A stretch of 64,000 nucleotides of DNA, taken from an uncultured Actinomycetes bacterium. Lineage in GTDB: Bacteria > Actinomycetota > UBA4738 > HRBIN12. The translations under genes were made by a program, and so were the position numbers. The notes beneath the pieces are model-generated. The model had not been told where the DNA came from and searched no databases. It saw only the letters and a program-made list of their open reading frames with translations. The stretch covers positions 327,451-391,450 of the forward strand of contig CAVPUQ010000006.1 in assembly GCA_963708985.1 (NCBI GenBank), in the 5' to 3' direction. Positions 29,658-39,216 of this stretch are shown here, one piece after another (positions within the stretch are counted from its first letter, which is position 1; each line of letters begins with the position of its first letter).

Positions 29658-31007
29658 ATGACGAAGCGCAAGTGGTTTGCGCTCATCGCGCTCTTCGGCG
29701 CCCTGTCCCTCGTCGCGGCCGCGTGCGGCAGTGACGAGGGGGAGACCGGGGGCGAGACCGGTACCACCGGCACCACCACCGGGCCTACGGGTCCGGCGGT
29801 CGACTGCGACGCTGATCCGTTCGGCTGCGTCGAGGTCGGCGCCGGCGAGCCGATCCGGCTCGGGTCGCTGCTGGCGATCTCGGGGGACGTGGCGTTCCTG
29901 GGGACGGACAGCAACCATGGCATCGAGCTCGCGATCGACTACCTGGACGGGGCGTTCGACGCGACCCCGGGCCAGCTCCTCGGTCACGACGTCACCCTCC
30001 AGCAGGAGGATGACGGGTGCTCCGCCGAGGGTGGCCAGGCAGGTGCGACGGCGCTCGCGGCCGACCCGTCGATCGTCGCGGTGATCGGGACGAGCTGTTC
30101 CAGCGCGGCGCTGGGCGTGGCCGACACGATCCTGTCGGACAAGGGGATCATGCTGTTCTCGCCGTCGAACACGAACCCTGGCCTGACGTCGGAGGAGGCG
30201 CACCAGGCCTTCTACGCGCGTACGGCGCACAACGACAAGATCCAGGGCGCGATCGCCGCCGAGTTCGTCTACAACGAGCTCGGCGTCACGACCGCTGCGA
30301 CGATCAACGACGAGAGCCCCTACGCCGACGGACTCGCGTCCGCCTTCCGCGCGAACTTCGAGAACCTCGGCGGGACGATCACGGGGATCGAGCAGGTCAA
30401 CAGCGCGGACACCGACCTCGGCCCCGTGCTGCGGAGCCTCGCCGAGGCCAAGCCCGGGATCGTGTACGCACCGAACTTCCCACCCGGCTGTGGTCTCTCG
30501 CTCATCCAGGGCGCCGAGATCATGCCGGCGGGCACGGCGTACATGGGCGCCGACGGTTGCCTGGAGACCTCGTTCCTGGACCAGGTGGGTGACCCGCCCG
30601 CCGACTACTACGCCTCGTCGCCGGACATCACCGTGTTCCAGGCTGGGGCGTTCTACAGCGACGAGTTCATCCCGGCCTACCAGGCGCAGTACGGGACCGA
30701 GCCGACGGCGGTGTTCCACGCCCACGCCTACGACGCTGCGAACGTCCTGTTCGACGCGATCGAGGCCGTCGCCGTGGACGACGGGAGCGGGAACCTCACG
30801 ATCCCGAGGACGGCACTGAAGGACGCGGTGCTCGCGACGAGCGGGTACGAGGGGATGACAGGCATCATCACCTGCACCCCGCTCGGCGACTGTGCCACCG
30901 ACGTCACGATCGGCATCTTCAAGTACCCGAACTGGCCGGTCGAGGGCGGCGAGAAGCCGACCGACGCGATCTACAGCGACACCAAGTCGCTGGCTGACGT
31001 CGTCTAG
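29658..31007 (+). CDS. Branched-chain amino-acid ABC transporter substrate-binding lipoprotein (LivK/LivJ-like, type-1 PBP)
   Basis: ATG 29658 within ORF 29553..31007. Signal peptide plus lipobox MTKRKWFALIALFGALSLVAAAC, a Gly/Thr linker, then a Leu/Ile/Val-binding-protein-like body. Intact. Confidence 0.85.
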   Translation: MTKRKWFALIALFGALSLVAAACGSDEGETGGETGTTGTTTGPTGPAVDCDADPFGCVEVGAGEPIRLGSLLAISGDVAFLGTDSNHGIELAIDYLDGAFDATPGQLLGHDVTLQQEDDGCSAEGGQAGATALAADPSIVAVIGTSCSSAALGVADTILSDKGIMLFSPSNTNPGLTSEEAHQAFYARTAHNDKIQGAIAAEFVYNELGVTTAATINDESPYADGLASAFRANFENLGGTITGIEQVNSADTDLGPVLRSLAEAKPGIVYAPNFPPGCGLSLIQGAEIMPAGTAYMGADGCLETSFLDQVGDPPADYYASSPDITVFQAGAFYSDEFIPAYQAQYGTEPTAVFHAHAYDAANVLFDAIEAVAVDDGSGNLTIPRTALKDAVLATSGYEGMTGIITCTPLGDCATDVTIGIFKYPNWPVEGGEKPTDAIYSDTKSLADVV

Positions 31008-31022
31008 CCGGACCGGCTTGCG

Positions 31023-31056
31023 GTCTGCGGGTGGGCCACCGGGCCCACCCGCAGAC
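31023..31056 (+). terminator. Perfect 15-bp stem / 4-nt loop hairpin between the binding-protein gene and livH
   Basis: GTCTGCGGGTGGGCC (31023-31037), loop ACCG, GGCCCACCCGCAGAC (31042-31056). The arms are exact reverse complements. The hairpin begins 16 nt after the stop codon. Confidence 0.5.
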
Positions 31057-31058
31057 GC

Positions 31059-32185
31059 GTGCCCGGAGATGGGCTAGGCTCGCGCGACATGGACACAGAG
31101 CCGCAGGTCCGGGAGGTGCGCCTCGGCCGCTTCGAGCGGCTCCCCTGGCGGCGGATCATCCTCGTGTTCCTCGCGGTCACCATCGCCGCGACGGTCGGCA
31201 TCGGCGCGTACCGGACGCTAACCCTCCCGGCGGGGGAGGGCTACTCGGCTTCGGCCTGGGGTGACTTCATCGTCCTCGGGCTCGCGCAGGGATCGATCTA
31301 CGCCCTGATCGCTCTTGGGTACACGCTGGTGTACGGGATCTTGAGGATGATCAACTTCGCGCACGGCGAGGTGTTCATGTTCGGCGCGTTCGGCTCGTAC
31401 TTCTTCGCGAACGCGTACGAGCAGAGCGGCTTCCTTGAACGTCAGCCGTACATCGCTCTCGCGATCATCCTCGGCGTCGCGATCATCGTGTCCGTGGTCG
31501 TGGCGGTCCTGCTCGAGCGGATCGCCTATCGCCCCCTGCGTGGGGCCCCGCGCCTGGTCCCGTTGATCACCGCGATCGGCGCCTCTCTGTTCCTCCAGAA
31601 TTCCGCACGGGGCCTCTTCGGCGCCCAGACCCGCGGCTACGCGAAGCCGGATTTCCTGCAAGGCAAGTGGGAGATCCTCGGCGTCGCGTTCCCGCGGATC
31701 CGCGTGACGGTGTTCGTCGTCGCGTTCCTGTCGGTGGTCCTCGCTGACGTTGTTCATCGGCGCGGACGACCACCGGGAAGTCCATGCGCGCCGTCGCCGA
31801 GGACAGCGAGATCGCGAGCCTGATGGGGATCAACGTCGATCGTGTCATCGTGATCACCTTCGCGATCGGCGGGATCCTGGCGGGGATCGCCGGCGTGCTG
31901 TTCGCGATGACCTTCCAGGCGGTCAACTTCTATATGGGGTTCCAGCCGGGGATCGCGGCCTTCACGGCGGCGGTGCTCGGCGGCATCGGCAGCATCGCGG
32001 GAGCCGCCCTGGGCGGCCTCACGCTCGGCCTGCTCGAGTCGCTCGGCCCGTCGCTCATCCTCACCGGGTACCACGTGCCCTCCCCGTTCCAGCTGAAGCC
32101 GGCGTTCACGTTCCTCGTTCTCGTCTTCGTGCTGATCTTCCGGCCCGGGGGGATCCTCGGGACCGGCGAGGCGGAGAAGGTGTGA
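31059..32185 (+). pseudogene. livH: LivH-type branched-chain amino-acid ABC permease; two +1 shifts 19 nt apart (31743, 31762)
   Basis: ORF 31059..31823 (GLAQGSIYALIALGYTLVYGILRMINFAHGEVFMFGA) continues in ORF 31784..32185 (MRAVAEDSEIASLMGINV...). LTLFIG is readable only in the third frame between them. The start is uncertain (31059 or ATG 31089). Confidence 0.86.
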
Positions 32186-33981
32186 TGGATCCCATCCCCC
32201 TGCGCTCGACGGTCCTCGCCGGCGTCGCCGGCGGCGTCGTCCTGATCTACCTGGCCTTGGTCGGGCCTGACCGAGCGGTTCTCCGACCTCAAGCTGGTCG
32301 GCGAGCAGGTTACCCTCGGCCGGCTGCTGCTGATCGTCCCACCGTTCGTCGCCGCGTACCTGGTGGCACGCCCCCGGGTCGTCGCCGGCGAGCGACGTTC
32401 GGCCGGTCCGCGTTCGGGCTTGCTCGCCGGTGCGCTCGCCGGAGGGGTCGCGTCGGCGGTGTTCGGCTCGGCGGTGCGCCTTCGCGGACTGGTTCGGCGT
32501 CGCGCGGATCGCGGCAGGTGTTCATCGCCGTGACGCCCCGAGCTCATCGAGTTCGTCACGTTCGAGCGCGGCGTCGCGGTGGGCCGTGTCCATCCTGCTC
32601 GTGCTCGGGCTCTTCTCCGGCGCGCTCGGAGGTTTCGCGCGGACCGTAGAGCGGACCGTGAGGGGGCCGCTCGCGGGCCGGGGCGTTCACGGTGATCGCT
32701 CATGGGGCTGCTGCAGCGCATCGTTCCGGTCGCGATGCAGGAGCTCGGCATCGAGCCGGACTTCCTGTACGATCCCGCGGATCCGGAGCCTCACCTGGGG
32801 CGCGGCGATCGGTCTGTTCGTCCTGGCGGCGGCCATCGAGGTCTTGTGGCACCGCAGCGGTCCGGTGGCCCAGCGCAGGATACGGACCAGCATGGTCGAG
32901 CAGCCCGCAGCCCGCGCGGGGATCCTCCTGATCGGGCTCGCGGTGCTGCTGGTCCTGCCCCTGCTCGTCGGGTCCGTCATCTCCCAGGTCCTGGGAAGCG
33001 CCATGGTCTTCGTCCTGCTGGGCCTGGGGCTCAACATCGTCGTCGGGTACGCGGGGCTGCTCGACCTTGGGTACGTGGCCTTCTTCGCGTTCGGCGCGTA
33101 CATGATGGCCGTGCTCACCGGGGCGGCCCTGAACACGACGACGGGATCGGCGGCACCGGCGTTCTCGGCGGATGTGAGCTTCTACATCGCGATCGGGATC
33201 GTGGTCGTCCTCGCGGCGGGGATGGGCCTGCTGATCGGCGCGCCGGTACTCCGACTGCGAGGTGACTACCTGGCGATCGTCACGCTCGGGCTCGGCGAGA
33301 TCGTGCGCGTCCTCACGGAGTCCCGGTGGCTGCAGCCGTTGGTGGGCGGACCGCAAGGGATGCGCGGGGTCACGGACGCCGCGATCGCCGGGTTCTCCTT
33401 CCGCGAGCCGCAGCACTTCTACTACCTTGCCCTCGCGTTCGTGCTGCTCGCGGGGTTCGTGTCGTGGCGCCTCGCGGCGTCGCGCATCGGCCGGGCGTGG
33501 AACGCGATGCGGGAGGACGAGCAGGTCGCCGATGCGATGGGCATCAGCATCACCAGGTACAAGCTCCTGGCGCTTCGCGATGGGCGGTGCGGTCGGATCG
33601 TTGGGAGGCGCCCTGTTCGCCGTGCAGATCGGCTCGCTCACCCCGGCCAGCTTCCGATCCTCGTGTCGATCACGGCGCTCGCCGTGGTGATCCTCGGCGG
33701 CCTCGGGAGCATCCCGGGCGTCGTCGCCGGGGCGGTCGTCCTGATCGGGCTGCCCGGGCCTCCTCCGCGAGTTCGAGGAGTTCCGCCTGCTGATCTACGG
33801 GGCCGTGCTCGTGGCGATCATGGTCCTGCGGCCGCAGGGCCTGCTCCCGAACGTCCGCCGGATGCGCGAGCTGCACGAGGAGGAGGAGGCCCAGGACGAG
33901 TGGGTCAAGCGGTTCGCGGACGAGGCGGCGGTCGCGGCGGCCTTTCCGGGGAGCCGCTCGGGGTCGAGGAGGATGACCTGA
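32185..33981 (+). pseudogene. livM: LivM-type branched-chain amino-acid ABC permease with a long N-terminal membrane extension; at least 11 shifts as read
   Basis: ATG 32185 overlaps the livH stop. The core (LGLGLNIVVGYAGLLDLGYVAFFAFGAY, LRGDYLAIVTLGLGEIV, WNAMREDEQVADAMGI) is in the frame of ORF 32430..33986. N-terminal pieces hop frames at about 32265, 32478, 32513, 32537, 32590, 32680, 32700 and 32775. C-terminal pieces hop at about 33572, 33655 and 33759. Stop at 33979-33981. Confidence 0.8.
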
Positions 33982-33982
33982 C

Positions 33983-34776
33983 ATGAGCGACGGGTCGCAC
34001 CTCCTCGAGCTCGCGGAACGTCGCGAAGCACTTCGGCGGCCTGTACGCGCTCTCCGGGCTCGACATGCACGTCGACCGGGGCGAGATCGTCATCGGTGAT
34101 CGGTCCGAACGGCGCGGGCAAGAGCACGATGTTCAACGTCGTGACGGGCCTGTACGCGCCGGACGAGGGAGACGTCCTGTTCGAGGGGCAGAGCATCGTC
34201 CGGTTCGCGCCGAACCAGATCACGCGCATGGGGATCGCCCGGACCTTCCAGAACGTGCACCTGTTCCCGAACATGACCGTGCTCGAGAACGCGATGGTCG
34301 GTCAGCACGGCCGGTCGAGGTCAGGGCTCTTCGGGGCCATCCTGCGTCCGCCTCGGACGCGACGTGAGGAGATGCACATCCGGGAACGCGCCAAGGAGTC
34401 CCTCGAGTTCTTCGGGTCGCGGCTCGCCGGCTACCGGCAGGACCAGCCCGCGTTCTCCCTTTCGTACGCGAACCGTCGTCGGCTCGAGATGGCTCGGGCG
34501 TTGGCGACCGACCCCGTGTTGCTGATGCTCGACGAGCCGACCGCGGGCATGAACCCGCGCGAGACCATCGAGCTCCGCGATCACATCGTCCGGATGCGCG
34601 ACGAGCGCGGGCTCACGGTGCTCGTCATCGAGCACGACATGCGCGTCGTGAAGGGTGTCTCGGACCGGGTCATCGCCCTGGACTACGGGCGCAAGATCGC
34701 CGAGGGCAGCTACGAGGACGTGGCCAACGACCAGCAGGTGATCGAGGCCTACCTCGGGACCAAGGCGGCAGGATGA
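33983..34776 (+). pseudogene. livG: LivG-type ABC ATPase; two +1 shifts as read (~34013, ~34095)
   Basis: ATG 33983 gives MSDGSHLLEL, then RNVAKHFGGLYALSGLDMHVDRGEIV (frame of ORF 34065), then VIGPNGAGKSTMFNVVTG...LDEPTAGMNP...VLVIEHDM (ORF 34096..34776). Confidence 0.9.
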
Positions 34777-34829
34777 GCGGCGACGCCCCCGCTCCGCCAC
34801 GGCCGCGGTGACCACGACGGCCGCATCCC

Positions 34830-35542
34830 GTGCTCGAGCTCCGGAACGTCAACACGCACTACGGCCTCGTCGTCGGTGCTGCGACGAGGTGGACATCGAG
34901 ATCTACCCGGGCGAGATGGTGTGCCTGCTCGGCGGCAACGCCAGTGGCAAGACGACGACGCTGAAGACGATCCTCGGCTACGTGAAGCCATCCGAAGGGC
35001 GAGGTGCTGCTGGAAGGCGAGGTCGTGAGCGGCCTCGCGACGTCCGAGATAGTGTCCCGGGGCATCTCGATGGTGCCGGAGAACCGGCGACTGTTCGGCG
35101 ACATGACCGTCGCCGAGAACCTCGATCTCGGCGCGTACCTTCGGAGAGGACAAGGCCGGCGATCGCGAAGGACCGCGAGCAGGTCCTGCAGGTCTTCCCG
35201 CGGGTGCGCGAGCGCCTGAAGCAGAAGGCGGGCACGCTGTCCGGTGGCGAGCAGCAGATGGTCGCGATGGGCCGGGCGCTGATGGCCGACCCGAAGGTGC
35301 TGCTGATGGACGAGCCCTCGATGGGCCTCGCGCCGATCCTGGTCGAGCAGGTGTTCGGGATCATCCAGCAGATCAGAGAGCTCGGACACACGGTGTTCGT
35401 CGTCGAGCAGAACGCGAACATGGCCCTGTCGATCGCCGACCGCGGCTACGTGATCCAGACGGGTCAGGTCGTCCTCGCCGACACCGCGGCGAACCTGCTG
35501 ACGAACCCCCTCATGCGGGAGGCGTACCTCGGGGAGCTCTGA
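34830..35542 (+). pseudogene. livF: LivF-type ABC ATPase; at least 4 shifts as read
   Basis: VLELRNVNTHYGLVV starts at GTG 34830. EVDIEIYPGEMVCLLGGNASGKTTTLKTILGYVKPSEG is in ORF 34808. EVLLEGEVVSGLATSEIVSRGISMVPENRRLF is in ORF 35004. The gene then returns to LSGGEQQMVAMGRALM...LLMDEPSMGLAP. Joins lie at about 34870-34882, 35000, 35147 and 35160. An alternative ATG 34773 is separated from the body by an in-frame TGA. Confidence 0.86.
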
Positions 35543-35543
35543 G

Positions 35544-36467
35544 GTGAGCCTCCCGATCCTCGACGCCGGCGAACTCCAGCGGCTCCTCCCGATGGAGGCG
35601 GCGATCGACGCGCTCGAGGCCGCGTTCGGAGCTGCCGTCCCGTCCCGAGGCGCCGCTCCGCACGAGCCTCCGGACCGCGTCGGGCTCGCTGCTGCTCATG
35701 CCGGCGGCCGGCCGGCAGGGCGTGGGCGTGAAGCTCGTGACCCTCACGCCCGCGAACCCCGGGCGCGCACTCCCGTTCATCCACGCGATCTACGTGCTCT
35801 TCGACGCCGAGACGCAGGTGCCCCGCGCAGTGATTGACGGGGGAGCGCTCACGGCGCTTCGCACCGGAGCGGTGAGCGGGCTGGCGACCCGGCTACCTGG
35901 CTCGGCCCGACGCGCGCCGCCTGGTGCTCTTCGGGGCCGGGGTGCAGGCGCGCTCCCACCTCGCCGCGATGCGTGCGGTGCGCCCGCTGCGCGAGGTCGT
36001 CGTCGTCTCGCGGACGCAGGAGCGGGCGGCGGCGCTCGCGGAGCAGGCCGCCGCGCTCGGGCTCGAGGCACGGGTCGGGGTGGCGGTGGACGTCGCGGAC
36101 GCCGACCTCGTGTGCACCTGCACGACGAGTGCCGAACCGGTGGTCGTCGGGCGCCGATCTGGCTCCGGGGACGCACGTGAACGCCGTCGGCGCCTACACG
36201 CCCGAGATGCGTGAGATCGACACCGAGGGCGTCCGCCGGGCGATGATCGTGGTCGAGACCCGGGAGGCGGCGCTGGCGGAAGCGGGAGACCTGCTCATCC
36301 CGATCGCCGATCGCGCGATCGGTCCCGAGCACGTGCTGGCGGACCTCGCCGAGGTCGTGCACGGCGCCGTCGTCCGGCGCTCCGCCGACGACGTGACCCT
36401 GTTCAAGTCCGTCGGCGTGGCGTTCGAGGACCTCGTCGTCGCGAGCGCTGCCGTGGAGGCATCGTGA
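35544..36467 (+). pseudogene. Ornithine cyclodeaminase / mu-crystallin family protein; three +1 shifts as read (~35655, ~35893, ~36154)
   Basis: MSLPILDAGELQRLLPMEAAIDALEAAF is in ORF 35544. SLLLMPAAGRQGVGVKLVTLTPANPG...LTALRTGAVSGLATR is in ORF 35698. YLARPDARRLVLFGAGVQARSHLAAM is in ORF 35924. DLAPGTHVNAVGAYTPEMREID...GDLLIPI is in the tail of ORF 35973..36467. Confidence 0.8.
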
Positions 36468-37591
36468 CCCGGACCGCCGACGTCGTGGTCGTCGGCGGAG
36501 GCGTCGTCGGTGTGAGCGCGGCCTACCACCTGGCGGTGGCGGGGGCGGGACGGGTGCTGTTGCTCGAACGGGCCGACCACCTCGCCGCGGGCTCCACGGG
36601 CGCGTGTGCGGGCGGGTTCCGGTACCAGTTCTCGAGCGAGGTCAACATCCGGCTCTCGCAGGCGAGCATCCCGATGATCGTCGGCTTCAGCCAGGAGCAC
36701 GGTTTGCCCCTCGACGTCGTGCAGCACGGGTACGTGTTCCTCGTCCGCTCGGATGCCCGGTGGCCCGGGTTCGTGGCGGCCGACAAGCTCCAGCGCCGCC
36801 TTGGCGTCGAGGCCGAGCTCCTGCCGCCCGAGGACGCCGCCGAGCTCGCGCCGGGGATCTCGCTCGACGGGCTGGTGGGGGCGACCTACGGGCCGCGCGA
36901 CGGGATCGCGGATCCCGCCGGGCTGACGCTGGGCTACGGGACGCTCGCGCGACGGGCGGGCGCAGCGCTCCGGCTCGGCGTGGAGGTCTCGGCGATCCGG
37001 ACCTCCGCGGGTCGTGTGACGGGGGTCGAGACGTCGGCCGGGGCGGTAGGGGCACCCGTCGTGGTGAACGCGGCGGGACCTTGGGCCGGTCTGCTTGCGA
37101 CCACGGCTGGGGTCGAGCTCCCGCTCGAGCCGATCCCGCGCAACGTCGTCACGACCGGGCCGTTCCCCGGCGTCCCTGAGCGTCGGACGCTCGTGATCGA
37201 CGCCGAGACGAGCTTCTACTTCCACCGCGAGGGACCGGGGGTGCTGATGGGCATGGGCAGCGCCGACGAGCGCCCATCGTTCGAGACCGCGCCCGACGAG
37301 CGCTTCGTCAGCGAGCGGATCCTGCCGACCGCCGTTCGGGTCTTCCCGCCCCTTTCGGATGCCGGTATCGCGCGCACGTGGGCGGGTCTGTACGAGATGA
37401 CGCCGGACCGGCATCCGATCATCGGCCCGACACCCGGCGTCGAAGGGTTCTACCTCGCGACCGGGTTCAGCGGGCACGGCTTCCAGCACGCGCCCGTGGT
37501 CGGCAAGCTCCTCGCCGAGATGGTGGTCCGAGGGCTCCGCGAGGACGGTCGACATCTCGAGCCTCGGGCTCGAGCGTTTCGCGCGAGGTGA
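36464..37591 (+). CDS. FAD-dependent oxidoreductase (DAO family; sarcosine/glycine/D-amino-acid oxidase-like)
   Basis: ORF 36464..37591. GTGA overlap with the previous gene. Dinucleotide fold ADVVVVGGGVVGVSAAYHLA. C-terminal ATGFSGHGFQHAP. Intact. Confidence 0.8.
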   Translation: MTRTADVVVVGGGVVGVSAAYHLAVAGAGRVLLLERADHLAAGSTGACAGGFRYQFSSEVNIRLSQASIPMIVGFSQEHGLPLDVVQHGYVFLVRSDARWPGFVAADKLQRRLGVEAELLPPEDAAELAPGISLDGLVGATYGPRDGIADPAGLTLGYGTLARRAGAALRLGVEVSAIRTSAGRVTGVETSAGAVGAPVVVNAAGPWAGLLATTAGVELPLEPIPRNVVTTGPFPGVPERRTLVIDAETSFYFHREGPGVLMGMGSADERPSFETAPDERFVSERILPTAVRVFPPLSDAGIARTWAGLYEMTPDRHPIIGPTPGVEGFYLATGFSGHGFQHAPVVGKLLAEMVVRGLREDGRHLEPRARAFRAR

Positions 37592-37623
37592 CCTCATCCC
37601 AGAGGCTCACGTGGTCTGATCGG

Positions 37624-37707
37624 TGCCGGGGGCGGGATTCGAACCCGCACGCGCTTCCGCGCAATGGCTTTTGAGGCCACCATGTCTGCCAGTTCCATCA
37701 CCCCGGC
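37624..37707 (-). tRNA. tRNA-Leu (anticodon CAA), class II with long variable arm
   Basis: The reverse strand reads GCCGGGG-TG-...-GTGGC-CT-CAA-AA-GCCAT-TGCGCGGAAGCGCGT-GCGGG-TTCGAAT-CCCGC-CCCCGGC-A. It has a 7-bp acceptor stem, a T-loop TTCGAAT, and the anticodon CAA (complement of TTG at 37671-37673). CCA is not fully encoded. Confidence 0.9.
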
Positions 37708-37860
37708 CAGGTGGACAGTGTAGGGCGCTCTCCGAGGGTGTCGCGCATCCGAGGCGGGCCGGTTCGGCGTCTGCCGCTTGCTTCTACACTTCCGAGCCTG
37801 TTGCCGGAGCCCGAGGAGATCTGCCGCACGTGAGACGCCGCCCCCCGGTTCGCCCCGATC

Positions 37861-39162
37861 GTGCTCGGGCTTCTCGTCTCGCTGTCGGCGGTGGCATGCA
37901 CCGGCGCCGACGAACCGGGTCTTCCCGGACCGCGGTCGGCATCCGCGTCGGCCTCGATGACGTCGGTGAGCCCGACGCCGAGCGCGTCGATGGCGCCCGT
38001 GTCCCTGACGGTCGCCTTCATCGAAGCGCTCGACGGCGAGGAGACGCTCGGCCGCGTCGCGCCCGCCTTCCAAGGTGCCCGCCTGGCCTTCTCGAACGCC
38101 GAGGAGGTGACCGGGTTGCCGGTCGACGTCCAGGTCGTGGCCTACGACACCGAGGGCGATCCGGAGAGGGCCGGCGAGATCGCCGCCGAGATCGTGTCTA
38201 CGCCCGAGATCGTCGCTGCGATCGGCGCTCCCGGGCTCACGGACCAGGCCGAGATCGGGGATGCGCTCGATGCGGCGGGGGTGCCGTGGGTCTCGCTGTC
38301 GGGCGCCGGCCCGGACATCGGGGACCGGGACTGGACGGGCTGGCGGCGGCTGGTGGCCGACCAGGTGGTGCAGGGCACGGTGCTCGCCCAGGCGGCGGAC
38401 TCACTGAAGGGATCATCGGATGGGGCATGCCTCCTCGGCGACGGGACGACGCAGGCACGCTCGCTCCTCGGCGCGGCCGCTCGCGAGCTCCGCTCCCAGG
38501 TCGTCCTGCGCGCCGCCGTGCCCCAAGCGCAGCCCGAGGTCGCGGCGGCGGCCGGGAACGTGGCCGAGGCCGGTTGCGGCGTCGTGCTGTGGGGCGGCGG
38601 GGAGAGCCTGGGTGCTGCCCTCCGCCGGCAGCTCGTCGAGGAAGGGCTACGGCGCGCGCCGTTCGTCGGGAGCGACCGGATCCGCGATCGAGGGTTCCTC
38701 GAGACAGCGGGACCTGCGGCGGAGGGGGTCATCGCCACGTGTCCATGCGTGGACCTCTCGAACTCGACCGATCTCGCGGCCCAGCGCTTCATCCAGGACT
38801 ACCAGTCCGAGTTCGGTCTCCCGCCCGGCCCGTACGCCGTCGAGGCCTGGGATGCCGCTCGGATGCTCGTCGCGGCGTTCCGGGATGGCGCCGTCGAGCG
38901 CGGACCTGTGCGCACCGCCATCGAGGCGATGACGACCTTCGACGGCCTTGCCGGGACCTATCGCTTCGGGTTCGGCGGGGACCTGACCGACGCCGCGGCG
39001 AGTGTCCACATCTCGCGGGTCGAGGGCGGCCGCTGGCTCGAGATCTCGGCCGTCGGGGCCACAGCGATAGCACCGGCCAGTGGCTCCCGCGACCCGGGAC
39101 CCTCCCGCGGGCGCATTGCGTTGCCCGCTACGGGAGTTAGCCGTAGAGTGACGCGTGGGTGA
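37861..39162 (+). CDS. Type-1 periplasmic-binding-fold (Leu/Ile/Val-binding-like) ABC substrate-binding lipoprotein
   Basis: ORF 37861..39162. Lipobox-like LVSLSAVAC, Ser/Pro linker, then a PBP1 body (VAAIGAPGLTDQ, VPWVSLSGAG). The signal peptide lacks a charged N-region. GTG 37830 (VRRRP...) could supply one if the C6 run at 37841-37846 is one base off. Confidence 0.72.
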   Translation: MLGLLVSLSAVACTGADEPGLPGPRSASASASMTSVSPTPSASMAPVSLTVAFIEALDGEETLGRVAPAFQGARLAFSNAEEVTGLPVDVQVVAYDTEGDPERAGEIAAEIVSTPEIVAAIGAPGLTDQAEIGDALDAAGVPWVSLSGAGPDIGDRDWTGWRRLVADQVVQGTVLAQAADSLKGSSDGACLLGDGTTQARSLLGAAARELRSQVVLRAAVPQAQPEVAAAAGNVAEAGCGVVLWGGGESLGAALRRQLVEEGLRRAPFVGSDRIRDRGFLETAGPAAEGVIATCPCVDLSNSTDLAAQRFIQDYQSEFGLPPGPYAVEAWDAARMLVAAFRDGAVERGPVRTAIEAMTTFDGLAGTYRFGFGGDLTDAAASVHISRVEGGRWLEISAVGATAIAPASGSRDPGPSRGRIALPATGVSRRVTRG

Positions 39163-39216
39163 GGATCTCGAGTGCTTGAGTTCCCGCCAGGAAGTCCTGC
39201 AACCCAAGGAGGGGGC

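Noticed and set aside
34809-34811. The in-frame TGA upstream of livF as a selenocysteine or recoding site.
   Set aside because: I saw no SECIS-like hairpin immediately downstream. The region is among the most shift-dense in the window, and a plausible GTG start lies 19 nt downstream.
31059-35542. The idea that the frame hops reflect programmed ribosomal frameshifting or genuine genome decay (pseudogene-rich lifestyle).
   Set aside because: There is no shared slippery motif at the shift sites. Essential genes are affected. The segments between shifts show no stop codons or motif erosion. The shifts cluster in blocks with sharp boundaries. Together these features fit residual consensus indels much better. 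This remains unproven without reads.
37592-37860. tRNA-Leu(CAA) as an integration hotspot marking a genomic island.
   Set aside because: No integrase, no direct repeat of the tRNA 3' end, and no compositional break were visible on either side. The flanking genes are ordinary metabolic and transport genes.
37623-39140. A 505-aa forward ORF begins inside the tRNA-Leu locus.
   Set aside because: It starts on the complement of a tRNA gene and runs out of frame through the PBP1 lipoprotein gene. Its composition is Arg/Gly-rich noise.
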